Assembly (NCBI RefSeq): GCF_036321535.1
Contig: NC_087436.1
Coordinates: 66,526,001-66,590,000 of the forward strand
From: Camelus dromedarius
Taxonomy: Eukaryota
DNA length: 64,000 bases
Direction: 5' to 3'
Part shown: positions 13,445-25,959 of the stretch, one piece after another
Numbering within the stretch: position 1 is the stretch's first letter
Layout: each line of letters begins with the position of its first letter
Notes under the pieces: generated by a model
Seen by the model: the letters and a program-made list of their open reading frames with translations, nothing else
Database searches by the model: none
What the model was told of the DNA's origin: nothing
Translations under genes and position numbers: made by a program

Positions 13445-16262
13445 ATTTTGATATTTAAAGTGGTTCTGGAGAAACAGAATCTTAAGAATGTGTTTTCTAA
13501 ATTGGTTCTGGGTTTTTTGTAATTGGTTCACTGATCAGTTTTAAAGGCACTGATGACTATTTCCAGTAGTAAAGAGAGCATGAATGGTTCATGGTGTGAT
13601 TTGGAATAGAAATAGGCAAAATATCATCTTGAGATACTGCTAATCAAATACTTATAAGAATCAAGCTTCTGGGTGACTATGTATTTTTTAACTTCAAACA
13701 TTTTTGTGAAACCAGTGAGTGTGATGAAATTGACTACTTGCTCCTAACTGCACTAAAGTGAATATAGAAAAAGACGAACTCAAGACTTCCAGTTCCCTAC
13801 TCAAGTGTCACATCAAGGACCTAAAAGTTTCTTTATCTTCTCTGGAAAAAGTTGTTGCCTCCTGTCGTGCAGTTGAGATTGCTAAAACATAAATCTCTGT
13901 CTTAAATTGCAAATGGCTGAATTTCAGTACAAATTGAATTGCCAACCTTGCAGAATGTCTACTGTTAAAGTGAAGGACTTGATTGGGAAAGAATGGAATC
14001 CTGTAAATTGGAATGGAAACATATGGGAAGATTCTAATGACACTGGGGGCACTGAGCCCCTAAATTCTGATGAATCTTCTTAACAGTAGAAGCAGACCTC
14101 CAGGCCTCTTCTGAGAAGGTTAGCCTTGCTTTGCTTGAGGAAATTGTGATGGTTTCCCCTGAAGTAATTTCCTTGTAAGACCCTTCTGATTTCCTCAGAA
14201 CCCACTTCCAATGCTTCTCTTTGCTTCTAGACTTATAACTAGACGTAAGTCCCAGCAAGCCCTGAAAGGTGAGGTAAATATGTAAGACATGAAAAGGTAT
14301 GCTACCTTATAGTAAAACCACATGGGTTTCCCAATACGTAGACAGAAATTGAGAGAATCTGTGTGGGAATGGAAAATAGGAGTATGGGATAATGCTGGCA
14401 GGAACATAAAGTTAGACTCAGTTGAAATCATTGATCTTGGTCCATTTAGCAGAGATTCTGGATTCAGTGTTGTATCTTAGGGGTAGAAAAAGGTATCCAA
14501 AGGAAGAGACATGGTCAGCAACTGGCAGAATCCCTACATGGATTCCCTGACCTGTGGAGCGAGGGCTATTTTGGTAGAAAAGTTCAAGTAGATGTCACTA
14601 GAACTGCCTCTACCTAGGAAAATAGTAAACCAGAAGCAATACTGCTTTCCTGGAGTGATTACAGGGATGAAGTGCCACCATTAAGAGACTGATGGAAGTA
14701 GGACAGTGATTCCTACCACATCCCCATTCAACTCACTTATTTGGCCTGTGCAGAAAACAGATCACAGAGACTGACAGTGGTCTATGGTAAAGATAACTAC
14801 ATGGTGACTCTTAACTGCAGGTGCTATACCAGAGGCAGTTTCATTGCTTAAGAAAAAAACATACCCTTGGTACCTGGTATGCAGCAATTTATCTGGCAAA
14901 TGCTTTTATCTTGATACCTGTCAGTGAAACAACCAGAAACAGATTGCTTTCAGATAGCAAGACTAGCAGCACAACTTCACAGCCCTACTTTATGAATATA
15001 GCAACTCGCCAGCCCTATGTCATAGACTAATCTGCGGCAATCCTAATTGCCTTGCCCTCCACAAGACATCACGCTGACCTGTTACACTGCATTGATAGCA
15101 TTTTGCCCATTGGACCTAGTGAGCAAGATGTAGCAACTATTCAAGACTTATTTGTATGGCATTTATGTGTCAGAGGTTGGAAGATAGACCTGACAGAAAT
15201 TCAGGGGCCCTCCACCTCAGTGAAGTTTCCTGGGTTCCAGTGGAGTGGGGCGTGCTGAGATGTCCCCTCTAAGGTGAAGTATATCTGGTCCCTCCTACAA
15301 GCAAAAGGGAGGCGCAGTACCTAGGGTGTCTCTTTGGGGGTTTGAAGGCAATATATTCCTCATTTGGCTGTGCTACTGTAGGTTCCAAGTGACTCAAAAT
15401 GCTGCTAGTTTTCAGTGGGGCCTAGAACAAGAGAAGGCTCAGCAGTAGATCCAGTCTGCTGTGCAAACTGCTCTACTATTTTGGCCATTTTTATTCATCA
15501 GATCCAGTGGGGCCTGAAGTGTCAGCAGCAGAGGGAGATGACGTTTTTAACCTTTGACAGGCTCTTAGATGTGAATTACAGCATAGACCCTTAGGATTTT
15601 GGAGCAGATCCCTGCCATCCTCTGTGAATAGCTACTCTCTTTTCAAGAAACAGCTTCTTGCTTATTAGTGGGCCTTAGAAGTGACCAAGTGTTTAACCAT
15701 GGGCCACCAAGTTACCATGAAACCTGAACTGCCCACCATGAACTGGATATTGTCTGACCCACCAAGCCATAAAATTAGGCATGTACAGTGTCATCGCATC
15801 ACCAAATGGAAAGGCGATATATATGGTTAGGCTCCAGCAGACCCTGAAAAAACAAATTAGTGTACTGGGAGGATTTCTGTCCTTTTATGGATATCCCAGA
15901 AGGAAGCAGTAGTGCTGCGGCTGTCCACTTTTAGGTGGTGCCTAAATACTCTGCAGAGCCATCTGTAAACTAGGCCTGTTTTCTCTTTTCCAGTCCACTG
16001 ATGGCAGAAAACTCCTTGATAAAACTGTAGAGGCAAGCAGAGAGAGGAAGGGGATATAGCGGGAGTAAACTGTGAGGCACTGGTCCAAATGCCCAGGGGC
16101 CTCTTCCTTCCATGAAGGACAGTGGTGAATAGGAATCTTCCCAGTGGGCAAAAGTTTGAGCAGTGCATCTTGTTTATTTTACCTGGAACAAGAAACAGCC
16201 TGAGGTTTGATTGTATACCAACTCATGGGATGTGGCCAGTGGTTTAGTTGGTTAGTTAAGTC
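13445..16262 (+). mobile_element. ERVL (HERV-L/ERVL-B4-like) internal remnant: gag 5' part, RT, RNase H; decayed
   Basis: Degenerate Leu-type PBS 'tgatatttaaagtggttc' at about 13449. Gag 'gtctactgttaaagtgaaggacttgattgggaaagaatgg'. RT peptides GTWYAAIYLANAF and LHCIDSILPIGPSEQDVATIQD...IQGPSTSVKF (YIDD decayed to CIDS at 15088-15099). RNase H sequence to about 16262. Many stops and frameshifts. Confidence 0.9.
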
Positions 16263-17594
16263 CTTGGCCTGATGACTAGGCCAGCTCAAGTCTTAAGAGT
16301 TAATAACCAGGAAGTAGTGGTGGACTAAAGCAAAAGTCAAAAAAAAAACCCAAAAATCACCGAAACAGTAAAAACAAAACAATAGCAATTAAATATCTAT
16401 AATTGTTTTTATAAACACATATTACCTACTTAATATATGCTAGGTGCCTCATTAATTTCTTTACTTACCTTAACTCAGTACATCCTCATAGTTCTAGGAG
16501 TTAGCCCATCCTTGTGTCTTCAAAACAGCAGAAGGTCTGTATATTGTTTTTAATTATAAGGAGACAAGCCTCATAAATCATCTGTTTTCCTCACAGATGG
16601 ATGAAACTTGCTTACATATCAAAATGTTTTTTGCTTTCTCCCCACCATCCTGCCTCCAAATCACATATTACAAATGTTCACATTGTAGAAAAGCCAGCTA
16701 ATTACCTTGTGACCCACCCCGCCATACTCCATCAAAAAATCACTCATAAGCAAAGGGAGGGACAACTATGATGACATCTAGAGTGCTTCTTTTTCCCCTC
16801 TCTCTTTCTCTAAATAAGGTGCCATATCAGTAGCTTAGCTTTGATTACTGGTGATTACCAGTTACCCACTCACTTTCACATTAAGTGCAATTCATTGTTA
16901 GCAGAGAGTTAATAACTCTAGGTAACAAAAAGAGAAAGAGAGAGGGAGGGAGGGAGGATGGAAGACCAATTTAGGAAAAATGTGGTCAAAATTTACAAAG
17001 TGAATTTCTTATACCTTTTTGGCAGAAATTGAAACCAACCCAATAATGGACCTCATTCTGGGATACTATCAATTCCCCAGAATTGTATATTAATTTATTT
17101 TAGGATTCTTTTGGTTGTAGATATTGAATTTTATGTAGAATAAATGTATAGCCTAGATCTACTTAGAGGTAGATTTATTGTCATCTTTAGCAGGGACAGT
17201 CGTATAAATTTTTTAAATTGAGATTTAGGAAGAGAAAAAAGAATAAATATTCCTATAACTAATATAATGTACTTTTTCATAATATTTTGGCAGAAAGAAA
17301 TGCCTGACTACACACATAACTCTTCCATTTATGGTTTTCTTTCTTCCAAGGGTATACAAATTCTAGTGCCATAATATTTATATATACTTAAGTTAGAAAG
17401 TGAGTTTTTGCTATTCTCCATAGGAAGGCTGTGCTTTATGACAATCACATTGCAGATATTCATATCCAGGATTTCATTTTCAATTGCCTCCAAATATTAC
17501 TGTAAGAAGTAATAAAACTTTATTGAATGTCATTATCCATAGTACCCAACTGTACTTAAAAAAAATGTTGTACTTTTATGTTTTTTGAATAGCC

Positions 17595-17680
17595 CATTCA
17601 ACACGTTTTATTTTTTATTTACTCTGTGCCAGAGTTGAAAAAAAAGATACCATTTCTCTCCTCAAGAGGCTCACAAATGT
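17595..17680 (-). mobile_element. LINE2 3' tip
   Basis: 'cattcaacacgttttatt...tactctgtgccagag...ctcctcaagaggctcaca'. Confidence 0.4.
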
Positions 17681-18249
17681 GAAGAATCCATTATACCATA
17701 TATATTTTTTATTCTAATTCTCAAATTTCAAGTCAGAGGCTAAAACTTTATGAATTTAAAGAGGGAACCAGTGGGAGTGTCCAGTCTGAAAATGTACTAG
17801 AGTTAGTGTGGAACACTCAAAGTCAAACATAGGTCTGCAAATCTTTGTTGAAACAGATGTGTTGCAAGAGAGCTCCCACAAGTTCTTTTAAGTGACTTGC
17901 ATTTTGCATTACTGTCCAATTTAAGACCAGAAGGAAAAAAACCAAACAAACATAGCCTTAATTCCATCTAATGATGTCAGATTTTATTAAGGCATTTCTT
18001 AGGCATATACATGAGATTGAAATGACCCATGTGAGTGACAAGTGGAAGTGAACAGATAATATGACATTTTGCTCAGTAAAGATAATATACCTTTGGATAC
18101 TTCATCTACTCCAGAGACCCAATAACAGTGATGTAGCTTGATTTATTAGAAATAATTAGTCCCTTACTTTCAGAACATGTAATTTTTCATGTTCCATAAC
18201 ATGTTCCATTAAATGTTCATTTTCATGTGCCATAATAGATGAGAATTTG

Positions 18250-18462
18250 AACCATTTATTGAGCACCTAGAGTATGATAGGTTCTGGACTAAGCCTTATA
18301 CCCTTTGATGTCCTTTAACCCTTGCAACAAGACTAGGAGGTGGAAATATGCCACAATTATCCTCGTTGTTGAGATCAAGGAATCTAAGTTTAGTGAACTT
18401 CAGGAACTTTGTCAAGGTGATATACTTGCAAAATACTCAGATAAATACCTGAGTCTGTGTTG
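18250..18462 (-). mobile_element. MIR SINE
   Basis: 'catttattgagcacctag...tttaacccttgcaacaagactaggaggtgg...gtcaaggtgatatac' is reverse MIR. Confidence 0.65.
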
Positions 18463-18642
18463 TATGCCTACAATATATTTGCTTTATAAACACCAGGAAA
18501 GTATATAGAAGCATTTAAACCAGAATATCTTACCTTTAACTGTCCACTTATCTATCAATGTGTATGATTTGATAGAGTTTAGATCATGAGATCCACTGTT
18601 AGACTTAACACACTTCAGCATAGGCATCCCTCTATACTTTTA

Positions 18643-18865
18643 GCAGTGGAGTGAATTGATAACGATTTCAGGCTCAGAAGACAGATCTCATGGATTCAAA
18701 GCCCAGATCCCATACTTACTAGTGTTATTTTGAGAAAATTGCTAAAATCTTCTGCACTTCAGTTCCTTCCATAAATAGGAATAAGTACCTACCTCATAGA
18801 TCTGAGGTTACAATTTATTAAATAGAATAGACATGTAATAAGCATTAAAGAAGTATTAGATATTA
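18643..18865 (+). mobile_element. MIR SINE
   Basis: 'ggattcaaagcccagatcccatacttactagtg...aagtacctacctcatag' is forward MIR. Confidence 0.7.
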
Positions 18866-18872
18866 CAATTCT

Positions 18873-19050
18873 GTGTAAGAAAGTAGAAATAAGAATATTT
18901 ATTCACATTTGCTTATATTTTCATAAAGAAACAGTAGAAGAATGAAAAGAAAAAAAGCTAATAAAAGTATCTGCCTACAGGGAGAGTAAAAGTGAGACTT
19001 TGGTTATAAAGTTTTACATAGCTTTCACTATACTTTGTTATCAGCATCCT
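18873..19050 (+). mobile_element. Old L1 (L1ME/L1MC-type) 3' end fragment
   Basis: 'atttgcttatattttcataaagaaacagtagaag...gtgagacttt' resembles old L1M 3' UTRs. Confidence 0.4.
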
Positions 19051-19499
19051 CAGTGAGTATATTGCCCTCCAGTTATTAAACCTAATTTTTTCTCTTTCAG
19101 GCATTATGATATATTTTTTTTATCTAGACAAATTTTTACATAAACTATGAGTTTTACATGTAACATTTATTAAAGTAAAAAGTATTTAATAGAAAGTTAA
19201 AGGTAGGATCATGCAATACATATGGTTCTAAACAAATAATAAACAAAGAATAGAGAAAAAGTGAGTCCAATACAACAAAACTGGAAAAAGACATGAGATT
19301 TATTCTTTATTAAAAATTCAGTAAAAGCTAGCAAAATCATATCGTTTAATTAAAGAAACCAGACCACTACAAAAGCCAGTGGCGATGTTAAAAAGGAATT
19401 TTGCAAGTAGGATCAGGGAAGATAAAACTACTATACTCTGGTATTAAAGATTCATATCTACTTTACTATTATAATGTTTCATTCAGTCATTCCTATTAG

Positions 19500-19663
19500 G
19501 TTGCATTCTTCAAAGATTATGGAAGAAATCTTCAATGCCATTGAGAAATGGCAGACTTACTAAGAGACAGCTAAATTCCTGTGTAAAGTAAGATCTTGAC
19601 TTCTATCAGAAGTGAGGAAACGGAATTAGGTGGCTAAATAATAAACAGATGAAAACAATGAAG
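19500..19663 (+). other. Candidate non-coding internal exon (164 nt)
   Basis: Modest acceptor 'ttcattcagtcattcctattag|G'; perfect donor AAG|GTAAGT at 19663/19664; alternative donor AAA|gtaaga at 19587. Unique sequence; no frame open over the full length. Confidence 0.3.
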
Positions 19664-20081
19664 GTAAGTGCCATTGAAAAAGAGATAGCCGGGGAGTGAA
19701 CAGGTTGCTAAAACCAAGCCAGTTGCCTTTGATGTGTGTCTGTCCTTTTATGGAAAAAAAAAAAAATGCTAACAGGTTCTCCCTATCCTGAAAGGACCAA
19801 GCCAAAGTAAATCAATTTAAGGGAAGAGAGATTTCTGCTAGACATAGAAATAACAAAATGAAACATCTTTTGACTGTCATGATAATAAGATATTATCACT
19901 GGAAGTCTTTGAGATAGCAACATGTCACACAAATGTATTCAAGATAGCTCAGTCACCGACAGGCATCAGAGCTGCAGATTAGGTCATATAATTTCTAAGC
20001 ATTCTATTGACTGTTATTCTGTGATCCTGAAAGTCAATAGCAAAAAGCAAATCACTCCAGTATTTCAACAGTTTATCCCGT

Positions 20082-20083
<2 letters not shown>

Positions 20084-20121
<38 letters not shown>
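20084..20121. repeat. (CA)19 microsatellite
   Basis: Pure CA run read directly. Confidence 0.95.
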
Positions 20122-20122
<1 letters not shown>

Positions 20123-21689
20123 GGCTATGTTTTAGTTAGATTTTTGTATACATTTCTCCTACTATCACCATCCTTCCAATTAATTTGAGTCACTTACTAT
20201 GCATATATTATTTATAATAAAAATAAAATGTTATTATAGAAATCAAATTTGAGAATTATATTTTTTTTCTTTTCACCATTTATAGGTAGTTGAAGATTTT
20301 TATTTGTATAGGACTAGTTTTTAAGGGATGAAAAGACTGATTTGATTTTAAAGTTTGTTTTATTTCCTCAATCAAAAGTCATATTTTAGTATCCAACTTC
20401 ATGAAGTTCCAATAACTTTTGTTTTTTTAAGCACGGTATACCAAGCATAGTCTCTAACATTTGTTTTTAATATCATTAGCGTTATGAAGATAAAGTCCTC
20501 TGTTTTGAAACAAAGTCTTCTAGACCTAACCTAACTTTATTTTAATGAAAGACATCCTAAAATGCCTAAACTCTATATACCACGTCATTTATCTGGAATT
20601 TGAGGGCTTAAATCATCTTAAATGAACTTTAAAGGTACATATTCTTAATTTAGCTTTAAAAAATTTTGCAAATCAAAATTAACACTTATGAGGTTTATTC
20701 TTCAAATGAAACATTATAATAATGAGCACCTAAACACTCTCATGGATGTAAAAATCATCCTTAGTTTTCTTTCCTCACCCTCAGCAAGTCCAGATAGAGC
20801 CCTGAAAGTCAAATGATCATGTTACTCTATATATAGTTTGCCTCTATTTCTGCCATATCTCTGCTTGCTAGTAGCAATTACTAGCAAAAAAAAAAATATA
20901 TTATAATGATATTCCAGTCAAAACAGTTTCAGAAAATTGCTACAGAACAATGCAGCGATCTTTCAAATTTACCCACTTCCTCTGCCCTCTCATTCCCCAG
21001 ATGATCTGCCAGCAGTTGTACTTTAATAAACACATCATGATACCACCAATGAACCTATTACTTTACATTGTATACATTGTGAACTTTTTTCCTTCTGAAA
21101 TGACGTTTGACATCCTAATTTTGCTTTGGAGGGAAGAAAATAAGAAATAGAAATCAAGAATGAAAGTAATACTGATTTAAAAGTCTCATTTTTCCCCCAA
21201 GCTACAATACAGTAATTACCCTGATTTGTTTTTATTCACCTGATCACAAAAAAATTGATTTTATAAAACATTTACTTTTTTTAAGTATTTCTGCTTTACC
21301 AATAGTCCTTTTCATTGTCTACATATTGCCACATTTTACAACTCCAGGAGGCACATTATACATCGTATTCTATGCCATGTAGTGCATATTCAGCTTAAAA
21401 GAATAATGATTAATTTGATAGATAATTGACTTTACTCTAAATAGCATGCTATCATTGTACTGACAGTACCATATGTTGTCATTAGTCAAAATTCTCAGCT
21501 ACCAACTATATAAATGTATTAAATTTTGGAAAGCAATGCTTGGAGAAGTTTTAGCATCATGACAAACACAAGTGATGGACAAGTGCCTTTATCCCATTGT
21601 GACAAATAGAAATGTTAGATAAATTAAAGAAGAAGCCCAATTCAAAAGAAATGAATAGACTCAAGTGCCAGATTAACAGCCCAAATGAA

Positions 21690-21858
21690 GCCAGAGCTTT
21701 AAGACAAGGTGACTTTGTGGTCTCCTGTGAGGGATTCAGGTCAAAGCAGAGTGTAGGATTGGGAATCTGGATTTCTAACGCTCACTGTAAGAGAAGAAAT
21801 TTGTTATTAAGCCTACATACGGTGCATCGTCAAAAACCAGGCAACCTAGTACTCCCCT
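21690..21858 (+). mobile_element. MLT1-type LTR 3' fragment
   Basis: 'cactgtaagagaagaaatttgttattaagcc...ggcaacctagtac' resembles an MLT1 U5 end. Confidence 0.4.
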
Positions 21859-22539
21859 AACTCAGGATCCAGAACAACGAACACCTCTTCCCATCAGCCT
21901 AGACCAAATAAGGAAACTTTCAGTATGATTAATGTCGATGAAAAATTTATCAGTCCATCTTAAAAAGACATGGAAAAATTTTTTCGAGCCACATTGAGGA
22001 ATATAACCCAGGAGCAGCTGCTCACAAAGTTCTGAGAACTATTCTGCCTGTTAGAGGTCAAAGCATATATATAGGTTTTTGAGACAGAGAGCTGTACATT
22101 AAATGACACAGATAGTTTGCATAATCCAGATTAGTAAGTACAAAGTGGTAAGTCATCATGACCCCTTACAAGATCAAGAACTCTTTAAGGAGTTGTCTGT
22201 TGGCGATAGAAGAACGTTACTCTTTATAGTTGAGCAGGCATTTCTGCCAATAGGGAGGTTTGGTTGATGTATAATGCAGACACACAATGCACAGTAGAGG
22301 GGACAGAGGAGGCCAAAGAAAGAGAAAATGTTTTTCATGTTTAAATTTTTCTTTTCTTGCCATAATGTATAAATTTTTATCTCATCACTAGGATTTTGAA
22401 TGAAAAGTGATTTTGAAGAGATTACAGGCCTCATTATGCCCTATATATGTGCTGGGGTCTGAGCATGTATGGTGTGCATTATAATGGTATTTTTAGTAAA
22501 ACAGAGTTAGAGGGAAATTGGAAGTTCACCTCTAGGAAA

Positions 22540-24320
22540 ATAGCTAATAACATTTGTTACATGTCTAAAAAGAAAAAACTAGTTTTCATAGAGCAGATAT
22601 TGACATAAGTGAAAAAGTCAAGAAACAAAGTGAGACTTATAACATGATACAATTTACAAAAATAAAAACTCACGCATTCAGAATGCCACATACAGAACAA
22701 ATTTCAAACATTAACCAAGGAAACTATCCTTTTCAAAGAATCTGGATTTGATTGGATCAATTTGTGGAACAATTTATGACCCAAGATATTGTTAAAAGCA
22801 GTAAAACAATCAGCCTACAAGTAGTGAAGCTTATCAGCTGGGTGTGTTCAGGGAAAGAGCTCTGCTAAAACCACTTGTCTTTCCAGGGTGAATATGGGCA
22901 TGTGCAGGGGTGTGCACTTTGAGGAGCTTCACACTGCCCATCAGTAAAGGAAAGGATAAGAAAATGCTAATATTGTTACAGAAGGGAGTAATATTTGACA
23001 ATTAAAATTAATAAACTGGATTTGCACTTATCAATACAGGTAGATCTCAAAAGAATAAGGTTACGTGAAAAAGAAAGATATACACATTTAAGGAGGAGTA
23101 TAACAGGGCCTCAACTCTATAAGTAACATTTTATTCCCTTAAAAAATGACATGGGGGATGGGTATAGCTTAGTGGTAAGAGCTCATGCTTAGCATGCAAG
23201 AGGTCCCGGCTTCAATCCTCAGTACATCCATTAAATAAATAAATAAACTTAATTACCTATTCCCCCACAAGAAACCTTAAAAAAGAATTTTTTTTTTAAT
23301 GACATGAAGGAAATACGAAAATAACTTCTTCCTTATAACATGTATTTTTACTTAAATATAATATTTATTAATTCAAATTATAGATAAACTTTTTAAATTA
23401 TTTTCTGTACTTCCCTTTAGGTTTGAAATGTTGCTCAGTTGAAATAAAGACAAATCATTTTAGCATCATGCATTAGTAAGTGAGCTATGAGAACAACCAT
23501 AGAAAAACATGTTTACTATATTAAACTGAAAACAATGAACAAATGAAAATCAGGACAAAAGTACATATATTACAGTTACTGAAATCAGTGAACGTTTTTC
23601 TAAAATAAATAAACAAAATAACTTTCCTGAAAATCATAAATTACTAAACCTGACTCAAAAAAAGTTTTGAGGACTCCAAAAACAATGTATTTTCCACCCA
23701 TTGAAAACTCTTTATTGACTACAGGTTGGATGTAAATTGGTGCTTTTGAGATGAACTTGTCAAAGCATAGTAAAGTTTAAAAGTTTCTATTCAACACTCT
23801 AGCAATTTGACACATAGTAGGTATAAACCCCAGAAAATCTCACCCATATGTGCAGAGGAGTCATGTAAATGACTGTTGAATACAGCAGTTCTTATGATAG
23901 CAGCATAGGAGAAACTTCCCAATGTCCACCCAAAAGAGAAGCAAACCATGAAATTTTATAACTTTTTTAAGTGAACCAGAATTGCATTACATGTTAATAT
24001 TCACATGTTAAAAATAAGTAAAACTTGTACTGTCATACAAAAAAAAGAATTTGTAGATGGATATCTGCATACATTTAAAATACAGAAGGATATATATAAA
24101 TACAAAATAATGTAGATAAATATTAAAAGGTGAAAATAAAAAGGTTATATAGTTTATGGATTTATACATTTATAATAAAATAAAAACTTGTATGAAAGTA
24201 AAAAGCAAAGAATTTCAGATAATGGTTTCCTGGGTGCAAAATGGTAAAGAATAAATAGTATTGGCAGAAATGCCGAGGGCTTCAGCTGTATTTTAAATGT
24301 TTTATTTCTTTAAGAAAAAA
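22540..24320 (+). mobile_element. Fragmented old L1 (L1ME-type) ORF2 end and 3' UTR, interrupted by a SINE
   Basis: 'aaattactaaacctgactcaa', 'ggatgtaaattggtgc', 'cagcagttcttatgatagc', 'cccaatgtccaccc' and 'gggcttcagctgtattttaaatgttttatttctt' are L1M hallmarks. Confidence 0.55.
23154..23297 (+). mobile_element. tRNA-Ala-derived camelid SINE (vic-1 type) with 9-bp TSD
   Basis: Head GGGGATGGGTATAGCTTAGTGGTAAGAGCTCATGCTTAGCATGCAAGAGGTCCCGGCTTCAATCCTCAGTACATCCA resembles tRNA-Ala(AGC). A box at 23165-23175, one-mismatch B box at 23208-23218, (TAAA)n tail. TSD AATGACATG at 23145-23153 and 23298-23306. Confidence 0.9.
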
Positions 24321-25959
24321 TGTATAGAGAAGTAATCGTAATAACCAATGAAATTCCAAAAGAGTAGGAATCAGAAAGCTGGCCTTAGATGTCGTTTAAT
24401 GACCGTTGGTTCTCTTTTATTCTGTTATGTTTAACTTTCACAGTGAGTTAACTCTCAAAGTGAATACTGAGGCAATACCTAGAAGGGAAAAATGATAGTC
24501 CTCCCACCAACCCATTGTTTACATAATATATTTATTGAATAGATGCTTAAATATACATCTATAAGTCACTAATTAAAATGAGTGAGTGCAAATCGTGAAA
24601 TGATGACTTTCCTACTGCTCATTTTCTCAATCTCTACCATTTTTAATACACCTCTGGAAAAAAAATGTTTTTCTTTGAAAAAATGTTTTGTTTACTCTCA
24701 AAAATATTCCAACTTACGCTTATGACACTTTAAAAGTGAAATTTTAGCTTTCAGGGTAAATCAATATAAAAAATGTGGGATTTTAAGTTAAACTGTTTCT
24801 AGCTAATTTTATTATTGCTGTTGGATGTGGTTGAATGTATCTATTGCCTTTGACACTGTTGATTGGAGTTGTAAATACTGACATGTAGCAAACCTCTATA
24901 GTGATTTCAAAAATGCTCATTTGGTCTAGAGATTAAAAGTGTATTTTGGATGTTACACAGCAACTTCTATATCAGTGATCTTGTTTTCTTCCCTGCCTTC
25001 TCCCATCTGGCATACTTCCTTGGCTTCAGACCAGGAAATCTGGAATTCACCAAAGTTTCAAGAATAAAAAGTCAGTAGATTTCACAGCACTGACAGAGTT
25101 GGATGGCAGTGGATGAAGTGATAATGAGTACAGATCTCAGCGGGGTGAAAAACAGGAACAGAGGATGTTTCCCAGGGCATTAAAGCTCTCAGGTAGACGT
25201 AAGAGCTGCTATGTGAATAAGAACACTGAGGTACATTAATTAGGACTTTGACTGACAAAGAATGTAAGGAAAGCAACTTTGAGATCACTTTTCTTGGTTG
25301 GTATACTATTGTTCGTAATAGAGTTAAAGCTTATCTCTATGCTCAAATCAAGATGTGGATCAGAAGCAAAGTTTAGGTACCTTTATTATATTCCATTATA
25401 TTTTTCTTCTATTGCATTTTTTTAGTCTAAAGCAAAAATAACCAATCTGACATGCTATTGCTGTTTAGAAACATTCCTAGATCTTTTCTCCTTTATTTTT
25501 AAGTCAGCTTATTTTCAAAACCTAAAATTACATATTTATTTTAGGCAAATGAATGATGGATAGATTCTGAACTTTAATATATTCTCATTCTAATCAGAAG
25601 AGACTCAACGATATTGTTAAAAGAGAAAAACTATAGCATCCCAGATTTTGCTCCAACGTAAAGTGAATTCATTGCTCAGTTATCATGCTCCAGTCTCTGC
25701 AAGGACAAGAATTTGAATGAAGTACTGTTACCCATGAGGATCAAATAGATGCATATTTTAATTTTACCACATACTCAATTGCCTGGACTTAACTTTATAC
25801 TTGTTACTTTAAAAAGCAATATTGTTGAATGATAATCTTATTTTTTGCTTGTAGGCTCCTAAGTATGGATACATACATACGACTATTTTTAGCTGTTTAT
25901 CTCAGCTTCCCACAGCTCTGTCTAACATACACTTAAATCTCTCTCCCTTTCTTCCTCTC

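Noticed and set aside
14034-14431. Two minus-strand ORFs
   Set aside because: Antisense frames of decayed ERVL gag.
14821-15258. Plus-strand ORFs with RT similarity
   Set aside because: Frameshifted pieces of a dead pol with YIDD mutated to CIDS; not functional CDS.
18184-18236. Imperfect 'catgttccat' micro-repeats (and a 13-bp direct repeat at 33371/33391)
   Set aside because: Ordinary slippage; no spacer structure, so not CRISPR-like.
23154-23230. Apparent tRNA-Ala gene
   Set aside because: Has SINE tail and TSD, an extra 5' segment and a B-box mismatch; it is a SINE head.
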